Below are positions 1 through 9,886 of a stretch of DNA of 64,000 bases, piece after piece; within the stretch, counting starts at the first letter, position 1, and every line of letters begins with the position of its first letter. The notes beneath the pieces are model-generated. The model worked only from the letters and a program-made list of their open reading frames with translations. It made no database searches and was not told the DNA's origin. The translations under genes and the position numbers were made by a program. The DNA is from Gammaproteobacteria bacterium (GTDB lineage Bacteria; Pseudomonadota; Gammaproteobacteria; DSM-19610): the NCBI GenBank assembly GCA_030621785.1, contig JAUXGZ010000001.1, positions 6,690 through 70,689 on the forward strand. The letters run 5' to 3'.

Positions 1-728
1 ACCAATTTCTTTTCATACCCGGGCCAGTCGATAAATTGCTCAACGCTCTTGGGCTGGCCCTTGCCACGCGGCTTCACGCGTACCCTGACCCGTTGCGGCC
101 GAAATCCTGCCGGCAATTCAAACTGGCCTTCAAAGTGCTGGAAATAACGAAACCGGAAACCGATGGCTTTCTTGCCATCGGTCGCCAGGTCGGTCAGTAA
201 CAGCATTTTCAGCTCGTTATCCTGTGTCCCTTCGATATTGATTTCTGTTGTACCGCTCACAAATTTTTCATTTTGCTTCACCTGCACCAGCGTCAGGCGG
301 TAGGCAAAATAACGCGCGTCCTGCGACTGCTCCACCTGAAAACTCTGAATGCGTAGCCCGGGTTTGACGTCACCCGGGGAAACGATGCCCCGGTAAAAAT
401 CCAGTTCCTTGCGTGCGCCGAGCAATTCATCCTGCAGCCGGGCAAATTCATCCCGGACATCCAGGCTTGCAAGCCGGTCGATTTCACTGGAACGCTGCCA
501 GATTGCCAGCTGTTCCTGGAGCTCCTGCTGTGCCTGCTGAAGCTGGTCAATTCGCTGCTGTAAACGACTGCGCTGCTTATACAGGGCGTGGGTCTCCCGC
601 GCGGCGAATGCCGTGCCATGTTCAAATATCAGCCAGCCAAGCGCCAGCATCGACAAGACCCCGGCGACCACAGCCATCCAGACGGTCACCGGCCGGTATA
701 TCAGAATCTTGCGATTTCCTGTTTCCAT
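1..728 (-). CDS. Membrane-anchored coiled-coil protein (DUF6776-like), 3' end runs off the window
   Basis: Own translation from the ATG at 728: METGNRKILIYRPVTVWMAVVAGVLSMLALGWLIFE (TM), Q-rich coiled coil, ELDFYRGIVSP...GLRIQSF...FRFRYFQHFEG. Open to base 1, so it is absent from the ORF track. Typical neighbour of argC. Confidence 0.75.
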   Translation of the reverse strand, partial: METGNRKILIYRPVTVWMAVVAGVLSMLALGWLIFEHGTAFAARETHALYKQRSRLQQRIDQLQQAQQELQEQLAIWQRSSEIDRLASLDVRDEFARLQDELLGARKELDFYRGIVSPGDVKPGLRIQSFQVEQSQDARYFAYRLTLVQVKQNEKFVSGTTEINIEGTQDNELKMLLLTDLATDGKKAIGFRFRYFQHFEGQFELPAGFRPQRVRVRVKPRGKGQPKSVEQFIDWPGYEKKL

Positions 729-774
729 CAGCCTGCATGGAAAGCAGGCAACTATCGTGCCGTATTCGAGCGAA

Positions 775-1806
775 TCAGGGCATCAGCGCAATAGTTCGCA
801 GTCCCGACGTCTCATCGAGACCGAACATAATGTTCATGTTCTGTACTGCCTGGCCAGCCGCACCCTTGACCAGGTTATCGATCACGGACAACACCACCAC
901 CTGGGATGAATCCGGAGCACGATGCACAGCAATTCGGCAGTAGTTGGCGCCTTTCACACTGCGGGTTTCGGGGTGAGACCCCGCAGGAAGGACGTCCACA
1001 AAGGGTTCGGCCGCGTAGCGGGTTTCGTACAGCGCCTGCAGATCTGCACCCTGGTCATCCAGGTGCGCATACAACGTGGCGTGGATACCGCGAATCATGG
1101 GGGTCAGATGCGGCACAAAAGTGAGACCGACGTCCTTACGGCAGATTTGCGCCAGACCCTGCCGGATTTCCGGCAGGTGCCGGTGTCCCGGCACCGCGTA
1201 GGCCTTCATACTCTCGGCAGTTTCGGCCAGCAGGGCACCAACACTGGCACCACGACCGGCACCACTGACACCGGACTTGCAGTCCGCAATGAGGACGTCG
1301 GTACCAACGCTACCGGCCTCCAGCAGCGGCAGAAATCCCAGTTGCACGGCAGTCGGATAGCAACCGGGATTAGCCACCAGACGTGCGCTGGAAATAGCCT
1401 CCCGGTTCATTTCCGGCAGACCGTAGACCGCCTCTGCGAGCAACTCCTCGCAGGCATGCGGCATGCCATACCATTGCTGCCACAGGGCGGGATCCTGCAA
1501 TCGAAAATCCGCCGCCAGGTCAACTATCCGCACCCCGGCATCCACCAGTTCACGCGTCATCTGCATGGCAATACCGTTGGGGGTGGCAAAAAACACCAGG
1601 TCACAACCTGCCAGCGCAACCGGGTCAGGCTCGCTGAAGGCCAGATCGATGTAGCGGCGCAAATTGGGAAACAGGTCGGCGACAGCCGTGCCGGCCTCAC
1701 CGCGCGAAGTTATCACTGCGAGTTGCACCTGCGGGTGCAACGCCAGCAGACGCAACAGTTCCACTCCGGTATACCCGGTTCCACCAACCACACCAACCTT
1801 GATCAT
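775..1806 (-). CDS. argC: N-acetyl-gamma-glutamyl-phosphate reductase
   Basis: GGTGYTG Rossmann motif, ANPGCYPT catalytic motif, [12 protein letters not shown]. Confidence 0.97.
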   Translation of the reverse strand: MIKVGVVGGTGYTGVELLRLLALHPQVQLAVITSRGEAGTAVADLFPNLRRYIDLAFSEPDPVALAGCDLVFFATPNGIAMQMTRELVDAGVRIVDLAADFRLQDPALWQQWYGMPHACEELLAEAVYGLPEMNREAISSARLVANPGCYPTAVQLGFLPLLEAGSVGTDVLIADCKSGVSGAGRGASVGALLAETAESMKAYAVPGHRHLPEIRQGLAQICRKDVGLTFVPHLTPMIRGIHATLYAHLDDQGADLQALYETRYAAEPFVDVLPAGSHPETRSVKGANYCRIAVHRAPDSSQVVVLSVIDNLVKGAAGQAVQNMNIMFGLDETSGLRTIALMP

Positions 1807-2027
1807 TTCCCTGCCCCTGTCTTGCGCATGTAGCGCAGGAACCCGTCGCTACGACGGGTGCCCGCAAGCTGCGTATTGTCCGCACAATACCCAAGGTTGT
1901 CCACGCAGTAGCATTGCGTCCGCTCACCAGAATAAATACCATGGCAGCCTTTGACACCATTCCGTGCTCTTTATTCACATCAAAGTAACTACCCTCCGAT
2001 GCCGCAAATCGCTACCATTTCGCCATA

Positions 2028-2582
2028 ATGAAACTGAAACACGTTTTGATCGGTATTTTCGCGCTGATGCTGTCCGGCATCCTGGTAGTGCTGTGGCTGG
2101 CGCCCACCGGGCCGGCACGGGCGCCATCACTGGCAATCACCTCCATCAAGGGTGATCGACTGGAAATTCCCGACCCGCAGCGACGCCCGCAACTGGTGGT
2201 ATTCTGGGCAACCACCTGCCCCGGTTGCCTCAGGGAAGTTCCTCACCTGATCGAGCTATACCAGAAACTGGCACCTCGCGGACTGCAAATCATCGGTGTC
2301 GCCATGGACTACGACCGGCCGGACCGGGTCATTGCGCTGAGCGCTGCACGCAACATCCCCTACCCCGTCGCGCTCGACCTTCAGGGCCGCACGGCACAGG
2401 CTTTCGGTGATGTACGCCAGACACCGACCACGTTTCTGATTGCACCGGACGGCCGGATCGTACACCGGAAAACCGGGGCAATAGACATGGACAAGGTTCA
2501 CAACATGATTGACACCCTGCTCAACCAGGAAAGAATAGCGGCTGCAACGCCGGAGGAAGCTATCCCTCATGCTCTGGATTAA
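2028..2582 (+). CDS. TlpA-family thiol-disulfide oxidoreductase, membrane-anchored
   Basis: N-terminal TM, FWATTCPGC (CxxC), cis-Pro motif TPTTFLI. Confidence 0.88.
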   Translation: MKLKHVLIGIFALMLSGILVVLWLAPTGPARAPSLAITSIKGDRLEIPDPQRRPQLVVFWATTCPGCLREVPHLIELYQKLAPRGLQIIGVAMDYDRPDRVIALSAARNIPYPVALDLQGRTAQAFGDVRQTPTTFLIAPDGRIVHRKTGAIDMDKVHNMIDTLLNQERIAAATPEEAIPHALD

Positions 2583-2985
2583 GGCCTTTCACGTCATCTT
2601 CATGGTGACCTGGTTCGCCGGCCTGTTCTATCTGCCGCGACTGTTCGTCTACCATGCCGACTGCAACGACCAGACCGGTCATGAACGCTTCCTGGTAATG
2701 GAACGCAAGCTGTTCGCCATCATGACCCTGGGTGCCGTCCTCACCACCGTGTTCGGCCTGTGGTTGCTGCTGCAGTGGCACTGGCCGCCACTGGAACTGT
2801 GGTTGCAGATCAAGCTGGCGCTGATCGCCGCACTTATCGTCTACCACGTGCAATGTGGCATCCTGGTGCGCGCCTTCCGCGCGGGCCGTAACCGGCATTC
2901 CGGTCTCTACTACCGCTGGTTCAACGAGTTTCCCGCCATTATTCTCATCGCCATCGTGCTACTGGCTGTGCTGCGACCCGCCTGA
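2569..2985 (+). CDS. hemJ: Protoporphyrinogen IX oxidase HemJ
   Basis: WIKAFHVIFMVTWFAGLFYLPRLFVYH, MERKL, RWFNEFP. Confidence 0.9.
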   Translation: MLWIKAFHVIFMVTWFAGLFYLPRLFVYHADCNDQTGHERFLVMERKLFAIMTLGAVLTTVFGLWLLLQWHWPPLELWLQIKLALIAALIVYHVQCGILVRAFRAGRNRHSGLYYRWFNEFPAIILIAIVLLAVLRPA

Positions 2986-3047
2986 CGCCCGGTTTGTGAC
3001 CATTGGTACTACCTTGCACCGCATCATCGCGCCTCCGTAGATCTTAA

Positions 3048-3085
3048 CAAGAATGGTTTGCATTTAGATTAGTTCTCTCTATAAT
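3048..3085 (+). promoter_or_regulatory. Putative Fur box overlapping a sigma-70 promoter of the porin gene
   Basis: AAGAATGGTTTGCATTT (rc AAATGCAAACCATTCT) overlaps TTGCAT (3058-3063) and is followed by TATAAT (3080-3085). It resembles the box upstream of bfd. Confidence 0.6.
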
Positions 3086-3125
3086 GTGCGGCGAATCGTA
3101 CATTGAAGCGGAGACACCATTACTG

Positions 3126-4346
3126 ATGAGCAGCAAGACCTTCCCCACCCTCAGCCTGACAACTGCGGCGCTATTGAGCGCTTCGCTGACCGCCGCAGCC
3201 AGTGATCTACCGAGTCGCGAGGAAATGTGGCAAATCATCCAGCAGCAGCAAAAACAGATCGAGGCGCTGCAAAAAGGCGTGGAGTCCAGCACTGTACGCA
3301 GCGAAGAGGCCAACCAGAAGGCCGAAGCAGCGGTCGAGGTCGCGGAGGAAAGCCAGAAAAGTGCCTCAGCTGCCTCCAGCTGGACGGAAAGAACCCAGCT
3401 CGGTGGCTATGGCGAACTGCACTACAATAACCTCGACAGCAAGAAAGAAATCGACCTGCACCGCGTGGTCATGTTCCTCGACCACCAGTTTACCGACGAC
3501 ATCCGCTTTGTCTCCGAGGTGGAATTCGAACACGATGGCGACGAAGTTGAGGTCGAACAGGCCTACGTGGAGTTCGATCTCAACGACAGAACCTCGGCCA
3601 AGACCGGTGTGTTCCTGCTACCGGTGGGCATCCTCAACGAAACTCACGAGCCAGCCACCTTTTATGGCGTGGAACGCAACCCGGTGGAAACCAACATTAT
3701 CCCGACCACCTGGTGGGCCGGTGGTGCAGACCTCGGCGGGCAGATCGGTGAATCCGGCTTCAGCTACGATCTCGCCGTACACGAAGGCCTGAAAACCGAC
3801 GCCGACAACAATTACAAGGTACGCAAGGGGCGCCAGAAGAGCAGCAAGGCAGACGCCAACGACCTGGCCTCCACCGGGCGCATCAAGTGGACCGGCATGC
3901 CCGGCGTGGAACTCGCTGCCACCGCCCAGTATCAGCAGGATATAACCCAGGGTACGGACGGTGATGCCGGGGACGCCTGGTTGTTCGAGACGCACACCCA
4001 GATCGAACGCGGGCCGCTGGCACTGCGCGCCCTGTATGCTTACTGGAACCTGGATGGCAACGGGCCCAAAGCGATCGGTGCTGACGAACAAACCGGGTTC
4101 TACGTAGAGCCATCGTACAAGTTCTCCCTCTTCAGCCAGAATCTGGGTATCTTTGGCCGCTACAACCAGTGGGACAATCAGGCTGGCAACCGCAAGGTCG
4201 ATTCAGAGAGAAAACAGTACACCGCCGGTGTCAACTACTGGCCTATTCCGGACGTCGTGCTGAAATTCGACATGCAGCAACAGGATAACGAAGGTGACCA
4301 GTCGAATGACAACGGCTGGAATCTGGGTGTTGGCTACCAGTTCTAG
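3126..4346 (+). CDS. Outer-membrane porin (OprO/P-like beta-barrel) with N-terminal coiled coil
   Basis: Signal peptide, QQQQKQIEAL coil, LGGYGELHYNN, EVEQAYVEF, C-terminal GVGYQF. Start moved to ATG 3126 because the 3084 start overlaps the -10 box. Confidence 0.85.
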   Translation: MSSKTFPTLSLTTAALLSASLTAAASDLPSREEMWQIIQQQQKQIEALQKGVESSTVRSEEANQKAEAAVEVAEESQKSASAASSWTERTQLGGYGELHYNNLDSKKEIDLHRVVMFLDHQFTDDIRFVSEVEFEHDGDEVEVEQAYVEFDLNDRTSAKTGVFLLPVGILNETHEPATFYGVERNPVETNIIPTTWWAGGADLGGQIGESGFSYDLAVHEGLKTDADNNYKVRKGRQKSSKADANDLASTGRIKWTGMPGVELAATAQYQQDITQGTDGDAGDAWLFETHTQIERGPLALRALYAYWNLDGNGPKAIGADEQTGFYVEPSYKFSLFSQNLGIFGRYNQWDNQAGNRKVDSERKQYTAGVNYWPIPDVVLKFDMQQQDNEGDQSNDNGWNLGVGYQF

Positions 4347-4364
4347 GAAGGACTTACCATGCAC

Positions 4365-4400
4365 AATACGGGACACTCTGAGCGGTGCCCCGTATTTTTT
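4365..4400 (+). terminator. Intrinsic terminator-like hairpin after the porin
   Basis: AATACGGGACAC-loop-GTGCCCCGTATT followed by TTTT. Confidence 0.55.
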
Positions 4401-4415
4401 ACTGAAGGCGTTCAT

Positions 4416-4955
4416 GTGTTAGCGGTGACCAGAACCATCCTGTTTCTGCCCCTGCTGCTGGTTTCCACGCTGCTACTGGCGCGTGGTGTCTACCAGGAGC
4501 CGGAAGATTTTCTGGCGGAAGCTTTCTCCGGCGAGGTCCCCGAGGCACAGCTCATATGGCTGACCGGAGATCGCAAGGAAGAGGTCAGGGAACTGCTCGG
4601 GCATCGCTATTCCAGCTTGCGGGTGCGCTACTGGCGCGCAGGTGAACGTACAGCCTGGATACTGGAGGAAATTGGCAAGTCAGAACCCATTACGACAGGC
4701 CTTGTTATCGACGCAGGCCGTATTGAAAAAGTAAAGGTACTGGCATTCCGCGAATCCCGCGGCTGGGAGGTCCGCCATGCCTTTTTCACCGATCAGTTCA
4801 AGCAGGCGCAGTTGACCGATCAACGTACGCTCGACCGTACCATCGACGGAATCTCGGGCGCCACCCTCTCGGTCCGCGCCCTGAAAAAACTGGCGGCGAT
4901 GGCACTCTACCTGGACCAACAGACAAGATCGCAGAATGTCTCGCCAGCACCATAG
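4416..4955 (+). CDS. Exported FMN-binding domain protein (flavinylation substrate)
   Basis: Signal/TM, GKSEPIT, FRESRGWEV, IDGISGATLS flavinylation motif. Start probably GTG 4416 or 4425. Confidence 0.85.
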   Translation: MLAVTRTILFLPLLLVSTLLLARGVYQEPEDFLAEAFSGEVPEAQLIWLTGDRKEEVRELLGHRYSSLRVRYWRAGERTAWILEEIGKSEPITTGLVIDAGRIEKVKVLAFRESRGWEVRHAFFTDQFKQAQLTDQRTLDRTIDGISGATLSVRALKKLAAMALYLDQQTRSQNVSPAP

Positions 4956-5703
4956 AAAGCAGCGCTTCAAGCTGCGCTCTTTTTATATCTGGCACCGCTA
5001 TCTCGGTGTCAGCGCCGCACTGTTCGTGCTGATCCTGGCCAGCACCGGTATTGCACTCAACCATACCGAAGCCCTGCAACTGGACAGCCGGCATATCCAG
5101 TCCGACCGGATACTCGACTGGTATGGCATCCAGGCCCCGAATGACTTGCTGTCCTTCCGCGTTGGCGAGCGCTCGATCACCCTGATGGGAGAACATCTGT
5201 ACCTGAACCGCCGGGAAATCGAGGGTAGTTACTACCAGCTAACCGGAGCAGTACGGTTTGACGGCATGTTCGCCGTCGCTGTCAGCGACAGCTTGCTGCT
5301 GCTTGCACCGCAGGGCGAACTCATCGAACGATTAAAGGGCAGCAATGGCGTGCCGGCCGGCATTAAACGCATCGGCCATGACCTGGAAAAACAGCTACTG
5401 GTGGTTGAAGGCAGTCACGATTTGTACCAGAGCGATGCGGATTTCCTGCGCTGGCAACGGCGCAGCAAGGAGGAAAACTCCACTGTTGAATGGGCTGTCT
5501 CCGCACCGCTGGACACCCAATTGAAAAGCGCGCTGCAAAACCATTTCCGTCGGGAAGTACTACCGCTGGAACGGGTTCTGCTCGACCTCCACAGTGGCCG
5601 TTTTTTCGGCCTACCCGGACCCTGGCTCATGGATGGCGCGGCCATATTGCTGATCCTGCTGGCCCTGAGCGGCACCTGGATCTGGCTAAAACGGCGGCGC
5701 TGA
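4936..5703 (+). CDS. PepSY-associated TM-helix protein (putative heme-b membrane reductase)
   Basis: WHRYLG, TGIALNH, LDLHSGRFFG, LSGTWIW. Confidence 0.85.
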   Translation: MSRQHHRKQRFKLRSFYIWHRYLGVSAALFVLILASTGIALNHTEALQLDSRHIQSDRILDWYGIQAPNDLLSFRVGERSITLMGEHLYLNRREIEGSYYQLTGAVRFDGMFAVAVSDSLLLLAPQGELIERLKGSNGVPAGIKRIGHDLEKQLLVVEGSHDLYQSDADFLRWQRRSKEENSTVEWAVSAPLDTQLKSALQNHFRREVLPLERVLLDLHSGRFFGLPGPWLMDGAAILLILLALSGTWIWLKRRR

Positions 5704-5838
5704 AGACATGCAATTGAATACACGGAACCAAACGGATAACGAAGGTACTAATACCCCGATGCACGTCATCGTCAGGTTCCGATGCCGGGCAAATCAACAA
5801 TAACGACTATGTTCATGGACATTTCCAGGGAGGCTGTC

Positions 5839-5937
5839 ATGACTCAAAAAACTTTCCGTATCACCAGGAGATTGCTGATGGCCCTGTCAGCGATACTTTC
5901 TATCGCGTTGGTAGCCTTCCTTGAAGGGGGCGCGTAA
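5839..5937 (+). CDS. Putative 32-aa single-TM small protein
   Basis: GGGAGG RBS 5 nt before the ATG; MTQKTFRITRRLLMALSAILSIALVAFLEGGA*. Confidence 0.45.
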   Translation: MTQKTFRITRRLLMALSAILSIALVAFLEGGA

Positions 5938-6029
5938 ACACACTACCGACTGAAGAAGCAGGTTGGGCTCACACACAGCCAGTAGACCACTGATCGCTGG
6001 CACGGCCGTGGATCGCTCGCGCACAAGCA

Positions 6030-6494
6030 CTACATCTTCGACTGCAGGTAGTTCTTCAGACCGACTTTATCGACCAGTTCCAGCTGGGTTTCCAGCCAGT
6101 CGATATGTTCTTCCTCGCTGGCGAGGATGTCCTCGAACAGCTCCCGCGAAACATAGTCACTGACCTTCTCGCAATGCGCGATAGCCTCGCGCAACAGCGG
6201 CACCGCTTCCTGTTCCAGCTCCAGGTCACAACGCAGCATCTCCGCGGTGTCCTCGCCGATCCTGAGTTTTCCCATATCCTGCAGATTCGGCAAGCCTTCC
6301 AGGAACAGCACCCGTTTGACCAACATGTCCGCATGCTTCATCTCGTCTATAGACTCTTCATACTCATGCTCGTTGAGCTCATTGAGTCCCCAGTTTTCAT
6401 ACATGCGAGCGTGCAGAAAGTATTGATTGATGGCGGTCAACTCGTTCCTGAGCGCCTTGTTGAGATACTGGATTACCTGCTTGTCGCCTTTCAT
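6030..6494 (-). CDS. bfr: Bacterioferritin
   Basis: [40 protein letters not shown]. Confidence 0.97.
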   Translation of the reverse strand: MKGDKQVIQYLNKALRNELTAINQYFLHARMYENWGLNELNEHEYEESIDEMKHADMLVKRVLFLEGLPNLQDMGKLRIGEDTAEMLRCDLELEQEAVPLLREAIAHCEKVSDYVSRELFEDILASEEEHIDWLETQLELVDKVGLKNYLQSKM

Positions 6495-6623
6495 GCGTCA
6501 GCTCCTTGATAGTAGGTATTGTGTTGTCGGTGCGGGGAGGCAAATATAACGCGCAGACCCGGCAAGTCAATCACTTGCGGCGGCATCCGGAGAAACAGGT
6601 AATGCGGACGGTGCAACCTGGAT

Positions 6624-6821
6624 TCAGGCTACCGGTTCGTCTTTTTGCGACAGCTTGTCTGAAAGAGCATTTTCGAGGATGCCGCGTGCACATCCGGCAC
6701 ACTTGCCACACTGGCTGGCAACGCCAAGCTGCTGTTTGAGGTCGCGTACACTGCTAACGCCATCGTCGGCTGCAGCGCGGATCTGGCCACAGGTGATTTG
6801 TCGGCAAATGCAAACGTACAT
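6624..6821 (-). CDS. bfd: Bacterioferritin-associated ferredoxin
   Basis: MYVCIC...QCGKC; lies upstream of bfr. Confidence 0.93.
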   Translation of the reverse strand: MYVCICRQITCGQIRAAADDGVSSVRDLKQQLGVASQCGKCAGCARGILENALSDKLSQKDEPVA

Positions 6822-6851
6822 AGGATCTCCTCGAAGCGCGGAGCCTATAGT

Positions 6852-6871
6852 AAATGCGAATCACTCTTATT
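6852..6871 (-). promoter_or_regulatory. Putative Fur box upstream of bfd
   Basis: AAATGCGAATCACTCTTATT, next to TTGACA on the minus strand (6870-6875). bfd is classically Fur-repressed. Confidence 0.7.
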
Positions 6872-6943
6872 GTCAATAGCAAAATCAGGATAACTATTCT
6901 GGCCGGTGAGCGCGGGTCAGGCCTCTGACCGAATTGACCGCGC

Positions 6944-9208
6944 TCACCGGCCAGCGCGCACCAGACCACCCAGACCGGCATCAACCAGGCTACTGTGCAA
7001 CAGCGAACGCACCGCGGCTGCATCTTCGAGCAGCCACGCCTCGTCGAGTAAATCCTGCATCTGCTTGCAACTGAAACTGCGTAGCGCCCATTTCACCCGT
7101 AGCAGGCTGGCAGAACTCATACTCAGGCTGTCGATGCCCATGCCCAGTAACAGCAGGGCGGCGGCCGGATCGCCAGCCATTTCCCCACACACGCTCACCG
7201 ATTTTCCAACCTGATGTGCCTGCGTAATCACCTGACGGATAGCCCGCAACACGGCCGGATGAAGGGCATCGAAGAGCTCCGCAACCTGGGCGTTGTTGCG
7301 GTCCACGGCCAGCAGGTACTGGGTCAGGTCGTTGGAACCGATAGAAAAGAAGTCCACCCGTTGAGCCAGGGCCTCGATCTGGTACACCACGGACGGCACC
7401 TCGATCATCACACCCAGGGGCGGATACTCGACCTGTTCACCTTCTTTCTGCAATTCCTCCCAGGCGCGCTTCACCAGGCCGATGGCCGCATCGAGCTCGC
7501 CGACACCACTGATCATCGGCAACAGCAGCTGCAGGTTGTTCAGACCCACATCAGCCCTGAGAATGGCACGTACCTGGGTGAGAAAGATTTCCGGGTGATC
7601 CAGCGAGATACGGATTCCCCGCCAGCCGAGGAACGGATTGTCCTCCACCACGGGAAAATACGACAGCATCTTGTCGCCACCGATATCCAGCGTGCGGACG
7701 GTAACCGGCGCCGGCGCAAAGGCTTCCAGTACCTGACGGTAGATGGTGCGCTGCTCTTCCTCACCGGGAAACCGGTCGCGCACCAGAAAAGGCACCTCGG
7801 TACGATACAGACCCACACCCTGGGCACCACAGCGTAGCGAGGGCGTAATGTCGGTCAACAGGCCGGTGTTGGCGTACAACGGAACCGCTACCCCGTCACT
7901 GGTCTCGGAAGGCAGGTCGATCAGCTTCTTGAGGCCCTCCGACAACTCGGCTTCTTCCCTCTGCAGGCGACTGAACTCCTCCCGGAGGGTCTGCGACGGC
8001 CGCACGAACAGCCGTGCCTGATAGCCATCCACGGCCAGCTCCTGGCCTTCCAGTTTACCCACCGGCAACGCGTCCACCCCCATAACCGCGGGAATGCCCA
8101 GCGCGCGCGCAAGGATAGCCACATGCGAGGCGCTGGAACCGCGCGCCGAAACCACCCCGATCAGATAACGCGGAGGAACCTCGGCCAGCTGGCTGGCACT
8201 GACCTCTTCCCCGACCAGTATGGTGTTTTCCGTGTATTCGGCCGACGGTGGATGAGAACGCTGCAGGTTTTCCAGAATGCGGCGCCCGAGGTCCCGCACG
8301 TCACTGGCGCGCTCGCGCAAATACGGGTCTTCCATCTGTTCGAAGGCTTTTATGTGTTCGGTGATGGTATCGCGCAACGCACCCTGCGCCCAGTTGCCGG
8401 CGCGCACACCGTCGACGGTACCCTCGACCAGATTTTCACTGCGCAACATCAAAATCAGGGCGTCGAACAGCGCAATGTCTTCGGCCGGCAGGGAATCCAC
8501 CATGCGCGCCGACATCATCCTCATATCATGTTCAACCGCCCCGACAGCCGCGCGGAATTCGGCGATCTCCGCTTCCACGTCCTCTACCGGGCGATCCGGG
8601 ATCGCATCCAGATTAGCCAGTGGGTAGACGACGTGGGCCTTGCCGATAACTGCGCCAGGCGTACCGGATACACCGCTCAGGGCGTAACGCGTCTCGTTTG
8701 TTTCCCGCAACAGCCGGTCAATCTCACCGCTTGCGGTAGCGTGCGTGATGGCACCGGCCAGCTGCGCCGCCAGCGTGAACAGGAAAGTCTCCTCCTGTTC
8801 CGCAAACCGCCGGCGTTCGTGCTGACGAACCACCAGCACACCCAGCACCTTGCGATGCTGCACGATCGGTACTCCGAGAAAGCCGTGATAGTGTTCTTCA
8901 CCGATTTCACTGGCGAATACGTAGGCAGGATGGTCGGCCGCGTTATCCAGGTTGAGCGGCTCCTCGCGGCGGGCCACTTCACCCACCAGGCCCCGGCCAA
9001 AGTCCATGCGTACCTCACCCACCGCCTCGGGGTTGTAGCCGTCGGTGGCCAACAGCACATTTTGCCGGCGTTCCTCATCGGAGAGATAGACCGAACACAC
9101 ATCGACCACCATCGCCTGCTTCACACAGCGGACAATAATCGATAAGGCGCGGGGCAAATCCGGAGCCCGGTTCACTTCCTGAATAGTACGGCGCAGGATA
9201 TCGAGCAA
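6944..9208 (-). CDS. ptsP: Phosphoenolpyruvate-protein phosphotransferase EI-Ntr
   Basis: N-terminal GAF, SHVAILARALGIP phospho-His, GVGLYRTE, SIGSNDLTQY, CGEMAGDP; follows rppH. Confidence 0.96.
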   Translation of the reverse strand: MLDILRRTIQEVNRAPDLPRALSIIVRCVKQAMVVDVCSVYLSDEERRQNVLLATDGYNPEAVGEVRMDFGRGLVGEVARREEPLNLDNAADHPAYVFASEIGEEHYHGFLGVPIVQHRKVLGVLVVRQHERRRFAEQEETFLFTLAAQLAGAITHATASGEIDRLLRETNETRYALSGVSGTPGAVIGKAHVVYPLANLDAIPDRPVEDVEAEIAEFRAAVGAVEHDMRMMSARMVDSLPAEDIALFDALILMLRSENLVEGTVDGVRAGNWAQGALRDTITEHIKAFEQMEDPYLRERASDVRDLGRRILENLQRSHPPSAEYTENTILVGEEVSASQLAEVPPRYLIGVVSARGSSASHVAILARALGIPAVMGVDALPVGKLEGQELAVDGYQARLFVRPSQTLREEFSRLQREEAELSEGLKKLIDLPSETSDGVAVPLYANTGLLTDITPSLRCGAQGVGLYRTEVPFLVRDRFPGEEEQRTIYRQVLEAFAPAPVTVRTLDIGGDKMLSYFPVVEDNPFLGWRGIRISLDHPEIFLTQVRAILRADVGLNNLQLLLPMISGVGELDAAIGLVKRAWEELQKEGEQVEYPPLGVMIEVPSVVYQIEALAQRVDFFSIGSNDLTQYLLAVDRNNAQVAELFDALHPAVLRAIRQVITQAHQVGKSVSVCGEMAGDPAAALLLLGMGIDSLSMSSASLLRVKWALRSFSCKQMQDLLDEAWLLEDAAAVRSLLHSSLVDAGLGGLVRAGR

Positions 9209-9240
9209 TGCTCAGTATCCGACGGCGATCGGAATGGTTT

Positions 9241-9744
9241 TCATCGCGCCGGCGCCCCCGCATCTCTCAATTCATCGTGAATCAGCGGAGCCAGCTCGTT
9301 CAGGGCTTTCCTGTATACCGTGCGCTTGAAAGAAACCACCTCTTTCAGTGGCTGCCAGTAATCTACCCAGCGCCAGTTGTCGAATTCCGGTTTTTCGCTC
9401 AGGTCGAGACGCACGAAACGTTCTTCGCCGACCAGACGCAGCATGAACCACACCTGCTTCTGGCCAATGCAGACCGGTTTCTGGTGGCGACGGACGAAGC
9501 GTTCCGGCAGACGATAGCGCAGCCAGCCGCGCGTCGAGCCCAGGATGGTCACATGCCGTGCCTCCAGACCGACCTCTTCCTCCAGCTCGCGATACATCGC
9601 CTGTTCCGGCGTTTCCTGCTCGCGGATTCCGCCCTGCGGAAACTGCCAGGCATCCTGATGGATTCGGCGCGCCCATAGAAGCTGGCCGTCCGGACGCGTC
9701 AGAATAATACCAACATTTAACCTATAGCCACCTGAATCAATCAC
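9241..9744 (-). CDS. rppH: RNA pyrophosphohydrolase
   Basis: (V)[19 protein letters not shown] Nudix box, GQKQVWF. Start taken as GTG 9744. Confidence 0.95.
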   Translation of the reverse strand: MIDSGGYRLNVGIILTRPDGQLLWARRIHQDAWQFPQGGIREQETPEQAMYRELEEEVGLEARHVTILGSTRGWLRYRLPERFVRRHQKPVCIGQKQVWFMLRLVGEERFVRLDLSEKPEFDNWRWVDYWQPLKEVVSFKRTVYRKALNELAPLIHDELRDAGAPAR

Positions 9745-9886
9745 TTGCGAACTCAAACTATAAAATTTTGTAATATAGCCATTGTACACAGGGCATCGAG
9801 CGGCGCAAATCAGCAGACACTGATTTACCTTTACCCGCAGGACGATTATGCTCATTCACCTGTTCGCTTCATATTGACTAAAAATC

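Noticed and set aside
293-943. ORF-track entries 293-625, 413-943, 588-794, 613-909
   Set aside because: They overlap the real minus-strand gene 1-728, which the track missed because its stop is outside the window.
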